DNA of 28,693 nucleotides from a virus: IMG/VR virus record IMGVR_UViG_2840399886_000001, positions 1 to 28,693 of that record; one strand, 5' to 3'. Shown piece by piece: positions 24,504 to 28,693 of this stretch (position 1 is its first letter; each line of letters starts with the position of its first letter). The notes under the pieces were generated by a model. It saw only the letters and a program-made list of their open reading frames with translations, ran no database searches and was not told where the DNA came from. The position numbers and the translations under genes were made by a program.

Positions 24504-25339
24504 TAGAAATCAAGTATGTATGCTCAAATGGAAAAGAGTACAACCTGATCGGGGACCGGATGCGAGCGACATCCGGTTCTTTTCATGAGTATCAATGGAA
24601 GTCGATGACAACAGATCAGCAGATGGGTGTGGATGTTTATGGATTTGAAAAAGAACCAAAAACATATAAGACCACGCTAACATTTCGTGGACCGCTGGAA
24701 GAGCGAAAAGCAAAGATGGACGAGCTGACCAATTGTTTTGAGTACGATGTTGTAAATCTCACTCCAGGACGAGTATGGTTTGGAAGCTATTATATTGACT
24801 GCTATATTGATGAAATAACTACAGAAGTATCGTCTGTAAGAAATTGTTGGACAGACATGAAAGTTAGCATTTATTGCCCATATCCAATGTGGACAATGGA
24901 GCAAACGAAAAGTTTTTATCCGGATTCGGCGGATAAAGGAGAACCTTACGAATATCTGGATTATCCGCATGATTATGCTTACGACTATTCGAAACCGTCG
25001 TCCGGAACTGAGCATTGGTATGTAGATCACTACAGAAGCAATAATTTCCGCATGACGATTTACGGACCGTGTGCGAATCCACGAATAATAATTAATGGAC
25101 AAGTCTATCAGATTTACGACACACTGGAAGTGAATGAGTATATTGTAATTGATTCGAGAAAAAAGACGATTATTAAGAGGCTTGCGAATGGAACGGAGCA
25201 AAATATCTTTTACAAGAAATCAGCAGGAAATTCAGTGTTTGCGGAAATCCCTTCGGGCGATCTTTTGGTGAGCTGGAGCGGAGCATTTGGGTTTGATATT
25301 ACGATATTCAAAGAAAGGAGCGTACCGAAGTGGATCTGA
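24500..25339 (+). CDS. Distal tail protein (Dit)
   Basis: 279 aa. ATGA overlap with the TMP stop. Position. Confidence 0.65.
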   Translation: MIEIKYVCSNGKEYNLIGDRMRATSGSFHEYQWKSMTTDQQMGVDVYGFEKEPKTYKTTLTFRGPLEERKAKMDELTNCFEYDVVNLTPGRVWFGSYYIDCYIDEITTEVSSVRNCWTDMKVSIYCPYPMWTMEQTKSFYPDSADKGEPYEYLDYPHDYAYDYSKPSSGTEHWYVDHYRSNNFRMTIYGPCANPRIIINGQVYQIYDTLEVNEYIVIDSRKKTIIKRLANGTEQNIFYKKSAGNSVFAEIPSGDLLVSWSGAFGFDITIFKERSVPKWI

Positions 25340-26337
25340 TAAAGACAAATCCGTATGGCATACAATTGGGGTATATCCGGAACGCTAACATAGATTTTGA
25401 AATAGGAGCAGATGAAAAGGACAGCATCAATGATTTTGAGATCGAACTGAAGCGTTGGAACTGGGATGGATCCATCGGATACGGAGCCAGGGTATTTTCA
25501 CCAGATACAGAATATGGTGGAATTGTTCGGGAAATCAGTACAGACACATCGGCGAATATCATCCGTGCAAAGGGTGACACCTGGCGAGGCATGATGACTA
25601 AAAAAATCATACAGCCGTCGAGCGGGCAGGATTACGCTGTAGTGTCGGGGGAGCTTAATTCGATCATTAAAGCAAAGGTTGAAGCTGAGTTTCCAAGGCT
25701 ATTTTACGGCGTCGAAACAGATACCGGCGTTAACGTGACGAATTATCAGTTTGATAGATACTGTACGCTCCATAGCGGGTTGACCAAGATGCTTAAATCT
25801 GTAGGATATCGTTTAGACATTAGATACAAGGAAGGCGATGTCGGAATGCCCGGATATGTAAGGGTGAGAGCAGTTCCGATTAATGACCTGTCATCAGAGT
25901 ATGAATTCACGAACGATAACAATATGAATTTCACGACCGATGACAATCGACGCGGAATCAATCATCTAATCTGCCTGGGAAAGGGAGACCTAAAAGACAG
26001 GATAGTTGTCCACCTATACGTTGATCAAAACGGAGAAATTTCGCAGACACAGCAGCATTTTACGGGTAGCGAAGAAATTGTAGCTATATACGATAGCAAC
26101 GGATCAGAAAAAGATGATCTGATCAAAAATGGAATCAAGGAGCTGGAGTCGAAAAAATCCAGTATGTCATACAACATGACCATGACAAAGCTAGAGGGGA
26201 ATATTGATGTCGGTGATATCGTAGGTGGAAGAGACTACCTGACGGGCATAAGCATGAAAAAGCCGATTGGCAGGAAGATTTGGACAATATCTTCTGGAAA
26301 AGAAAAGGTTGAATACAAATTGGAGGGCGATAATTAA
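25330..26337 (+). CDS. Baseplate / tail-associated protein (Tal- or Gp37-like, tentative)
   Basis: GTG start after AAAGGAG; 335 aa; position between Dit and the fibre gene. Confidence 0.5.
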   Translation: MDLIKTNPYGIQLGYIRNANIDFEIGADEKDSINDFEIELKRWNWDGSIGYGARVFSPDTEYGGIVREISTDTSANIIRAKGDTWRGMMTKKIIQPSSGQDYAVVSGELNSIIKAKVEAEFPRLFYGVETDTGVNVTNYQFDRYCTLHSGLTKMLKSVGYRLDIRYKEGDVGMPGYVRVRAVPINDLSSEYEFTNDNNMNFTTDDNRRGINHLICLGKGDLKDRIVVHLYVDQNGEISQTQQHFTGSEEIVAIYDSNGSEKDDLIKNGIKELESKKSSMSYNMTMTKLEGNIDVGDIVGGRDYLTGISMKKPIGRKIWTISSGKEKVEYKLEGDN

Positions 26338-27189
26338 ATGGAGATTATTACTGGATATGTAGGAAAGAAGCATGTGACATCGGAACAGGAAAGAGACATC
26401 AATCAAGGCATTGTAGGCCCAGGATCTTACGTATTGAAGACGGGCATGCAAATGGAAGCAGAAGTTTCTTCTAACAATGAAATTAAGATCAGAGATGGAG
26501 TGCTGATGCATCAGGGATGCGCTGCATCAATTAAAAAGAATACTTACGATTCATTAACCATCATCAATGGTAGTCAGGGCATGAAGCGTATTGACTTAAT
26601 TGTTGCAAGATATGAAAAGAATCGTGATGATGAAACGGAAAGACTTGGATTAAAAGTTATCCAGGGAACACCGACAGAGTCCAATCCGGCAGCTCCGGAA
26701 TATACAGAGGGAAGTATTCAAGCAGGAGATTACATTGCAGATATGCCGATGTATCAAGTGATTATCAATGGATTAAACATTACAGAGGTAAAGCGATTGT
26801 TTGAAGCTGAACCGGATATCGACACTTTGAAAAAAGAGTTTGCTGAATTAAATGGCAAGATGGAAAATCAAAAGCGCAAATGGACAAAGCTTTGTGAGAT
26901 TGCCGGCAACCAAAATTCCTCTAAAACGTTCACTGTAGAGGATTTAAGCGGTTATTCCGAGATATTGCTGACTTGCGGACCTGCGGTAATACATCAAACA
27001 GGACGCATCCTTGGTTCCTCGACAATCCCTATAAAATTATGGAATGCTTGCAATACTGATTACAGTAATGGCTACTTTCAGTCTACGTATGGATCCAATA
27101 CATACATCGCGGGTGTAACAAGATTGTCTGATACATCCGTGAAGTTATATGCGAATTCCAGTACACTTGCTGGCTTGTATGTCCGCTAA
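26338..27189 (+). CDS. Tail fibre / receptor-binding protein (currently expressed form)
   Basis: 283 aa; last structural gene. Constant N-terminal 174 aa, then a 109-aa C-terminal domain encoded inside the invertible segment. Confidence 0.65.
   Translation: MEIITGYVGKKHVTSEQERDINQGIVGPGSYVLKTGMQMEAEVSSNNEIKIRDGVLMHQGCAASIKKNTYDSLTIINGSQGMKRIDLIVARYEKNRDDETERLGLKVIQGTPTESNPAAPEYTEGSIQAGDYIADMPMYQVIINGLNITEVKRLFEAEPDIDTLKKEFAELNGKMENQKRKWTKLCEIAGNQNSSKTFTVEDLSGYSEILLTCGPAVIHQTGRILGSSTIPIKLWNACNTDYSNGYFQSTYGSNTYIAGVTRLSDTSVKLYANSSTLAGLYVR
26838..26858. repeat. Left inverted repeat (IR-L) inside the fibre gene
   Basis: GTTTGCTGAATTAAATGGCAA. The 13-nt core AATTAAATGGCAA (26846-26858) is perfectly complementary to 27514-27526. 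Confidence 0.85.
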
Positions 27190-27513
27190 TCAGTTACCCA
27201 GCAGGCTGTAAATGAAATATAATTTCCAGTATTTTTATTACAGTACAGCGTCACTACACCTGCATCGTTTACGAATATTCGGCTACCAGGATTTCCGGAA
27301 CTATCGAATTGATCAATGCCACTTGTTCCGAATGATATAGCTATGGTATGTGGCGGAAGAAATCCTTCTTGGATGGTGCCAATCACTCGACCATTAACAG
27401 CACCTTGTCCCTTTTTGTAATTCGTAACATTGAAGACGACCATCTTACCCATCTTGTACAGCTGGTATTCTGTGATGGGATTGTTTTGATCGGCAGAGGT
27501 CAATATTCCAGAT
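26859..27513. other. Predicted 655-bp invertible segment carrying two alternative fibre 3' ends tail-to-tail
   Basis: Bounded by IR-L and IR-R. The two cassette stops overlap in CTAA (27186-27189). Confidence 0.6.
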
Positions 27514-27524
27514 TTGCCATTTAA
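27186..27524 (-). other. Silent alternative tail-fibre C-terminal cassette (no start codon or RBS of its own)
   Basis: The minus-strand frame is open from 27524 (LNGKSGILTSADQ...FTACWVTD) and is preceded by TAA. The LNGK codons lie in IR-R in the same frame as ELNGK of the fibre gene. Confidence 0.65.
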
Positions 27525-27534
27525 TTAAGTAAGC
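27514..27534. repeat. Right inverted repeat (IR-R)
   Basis: TTGCCATTTAATTAAGTAAGC. Its reverse complement matches IR-L at 18 of 21 positions, with a 13-nt perfect core. Confidence 0.85.
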
Positions 27535-27577
27535 GGATGGCAATATGCTACACTCAAATCAAAAAAGGAGTGTGGCT

Positions 27578-28564
27578 ATGGAACAGAAAATCATGGAAGT
27601 AATGCGACGGATGCAGGACATGTTGTCAGAAGAACAACTCCGGGAATTGCAGTCAGCTCTCCGGGTGACGTTCGATGGATGCGAGCTACAGCCAAGAAGC
27701 GAGCTGATGGTGTTGGATGATAGTTGGCAAGGGGATCTGGAAGATTTTCTGATGTCAAAAGCACTGGAAGGAAAGAGCAAGGCGACAATCATCCGGTATC
27801 GGTACGAGCTGGAAAGATTGCTATCGTACATCAATAAGGCAGTGGTCGATATTACAGACGCTGATATATCGAATTATATGAGGACATACAAGAGAATTCG
27901 GAACATTAAAAACAGCACTCTTAAAGGTGTGCGGTCGATATATAGCAGCTTCTTTTCGTGGCTGCGTGATCGAGACCGGATCCGAAAGAATCCGATGGTG
28001 TTGGTGGAAGACATTAAGGTTCCAATCAGGGTGAGAGAGCCGTTCACGGATGCGGAGCGAGAGAAACTTATGAGAGAATGCCGGACGCTTCGGGATAAGG
28101 CTATGATGGAATTTCTGTATTCCACAGCTGTCAGAGTTGGAGAATTGGTAAAGCTGAACCGGGGCGACATCAGATTTTCCACAAAGGATCTGATTGTATG
28201 TGGTAAGGGCGACAAGGAACGAGTTGCTTATTTGAATGAACGTACTCACATGTACCTGTTGGAATATCTGGAGAGTCGAACAGATACGAATCCAGCACTG
28301 TTCGTGTCGCTCAGATCACCGCATGAAAGACTGACCGACAAAGGTGTAGAAGATATTGTACGTAGGACCGGCAGAAGAGTTGGCGTGAAAGCGTACCCGC
28401 ATAAGTTCCGAGGTACATCAATTACCAATGCTCTCAATAGAGGAATGCCATTGCAGGAAGCATCCTGTATGGCAGGTCATGTCAAATCAGACACAACATT
28501 AAGGTATGCTCAGTTGGATCAGGATTCAGTGAGATACCATCACAAGAAATATTTAAGCGCATAA
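27578..28564 (+). CDS. XerC/D-like tyrosine recombinase; candidate fibre invertase
   Basis: Start at MEQKIMEV with AAAAGGAG 7 nt upstream. Catalytic residues: AVRVGEL (Arg), GKGDKER (Lys), HKFRGT (His-x-x-Arg), GHVKS (His), LRYAQ (Tyr). Confidence 0.85.
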   Translation: MEQKIMEVMRRMQDMLSEEQLRELQSALRVTFDGCELQPRSELMVLDDSWQGDLEDFLMSKALEGKSKATIIRYRYELERLLSYINKAVVDITDADISNYMRTYKRIRNIKNSTLKGVRSIYSSFFSWLRDRDRIRKNPMVLVEDIKVPIRVREPFTDAEREKLMRECRTLRDKAMMEFLYSTAVRVGELVKLNRGDIRFSTKDLIVCGKGDKERVAYLNERTHMYLLEYLESRTDTNPALFVSLRSPHERLTDKGVEDIVRRTGRRVGVKAYPHKFRGTSITNALNRGMPLQEASCMAGHVKSDTTLRYAQLDQDSVRYHHKKYLSA

Positions 28565-28621
28565 CATACAAAAAAATAAATGAGGAAAGGAGACTCCCCT
28601 TTAATCTCCGTGTTGTCAATA

Positions 28622-28650
28622 CATCCGGCTAATGGTCGGGTGCTTTTGTT
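28622..28650 (+). terminator. Possible rho-independent terminator after the recombinase gene
   Basis: CATCCGGC / GTCGGGTG stem (two G.T pairs) followed by CTTTTGTT. Confidence 0.4.
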
Positions 28651-28693
28651 ATGCGCTTTTATATAGTAACTATTAACTTTAGATTCAAAGGAG

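Larger units (their letters stand above)
517..28693. mobile_element. Temperate siphovirus-like prophage; left end next to tRNA-Lys, right end/attR beyond the window
   Basis: Integrase next to a tRNA; cI/cro-like switch; replication module; HNH-TerS-TerL-portal-MuF-scaffold-capsid-connector-tail-TMP-Dit-fibre order. Exact att core not determinable from one junction. Confidence 0.85.

Noticed and set aside
24677-25201. 174-aa minus-strand ORF inside the Dit gene
   Set aside because: Antisense shadow frame rich in Ile/Arg/Phe. No RBS, and it breaks operon logic.
27559-28437. Several minus-strand ORFs inside the recombinase gene
   Set aside because: They are antisense to a gene with a complete tyrosine-recombinase catalytic signature.
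28581-28667. 28-aa ORF after the recombinase gene
   Set aside because: No RBS, and it overlaps the putative terminator hairpin. Probably non-coding.
28565-28693. attR (a second copy of the tRNA-Lys 3' end or other att core) at the right edge
   Set aside because: There is no match to the 3' part of tRNA-Lys or to 517-560. No lysis genes have appeared yet, and the window ends on an SD-like AAAGGAG. The prophage most likely continues beyond the window.

Overview
The window opens with the 3' part of a tRNA gene cluster (Val-Tyr-Thr-fMet-Phe-Lys, 1-516). The rest is a near-complete temperate siphovirus-type prophage, from about 517 to past the window end. Coding style and protein families suggest a Bacillota (Clostridia-like) host, but that is only a guess. 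Gene order: attL-side terminator and short repeats; tyrosine integrase (-); bacterial PH-domain moron (-); XRE regulators around a divergent cI/cro-like switch with three operator-like repeats; a membrane-protein moron with its own near-consensus promoter; small early genes; an HUH rolling-circle Rep behind a 15-bp hairpin; an RNase HI homologue with all four catalytic carboxylates replaced; two paralogous HTH + Cys-cluster proteins; a shortened PAPS-reductase-like gene coupled to a ParB-like gene (IbrAB-like pair); Zn-ribbon mini-ORFs; a lipoprotein; a late regulator; HNH, TerS and TerL; portal; a MuF/gp7 minor head protein fused to an anthrax-lethal-factor-like HExxH domain; scaffold; capsid; connectors; major tail protein; G/T chaperones with an A_AAA_AAC -1 slippery site; tape measure; Dit; a Tal-like protein; and the tail fibre. 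The most interesting locus is at the right end. The fibre gene has a promoterless, start-less alternative 3' cassette lying tail-to-tail on the opposite strand. The pair is bracketed by in-frame 13-bp (18/21 extended) inverted repeats and followed directly by a second, intact tyrosine recombinase. This looks like a minimal two-state host-range inversion switch driven by a tyrosine rather than a serine recombinase. No rRNA, CRISPR array, reverse transcriptase/DGR, lysis cassette or attR is visible here. All functional calls come from motif recognition by eye and were not verified by searches.
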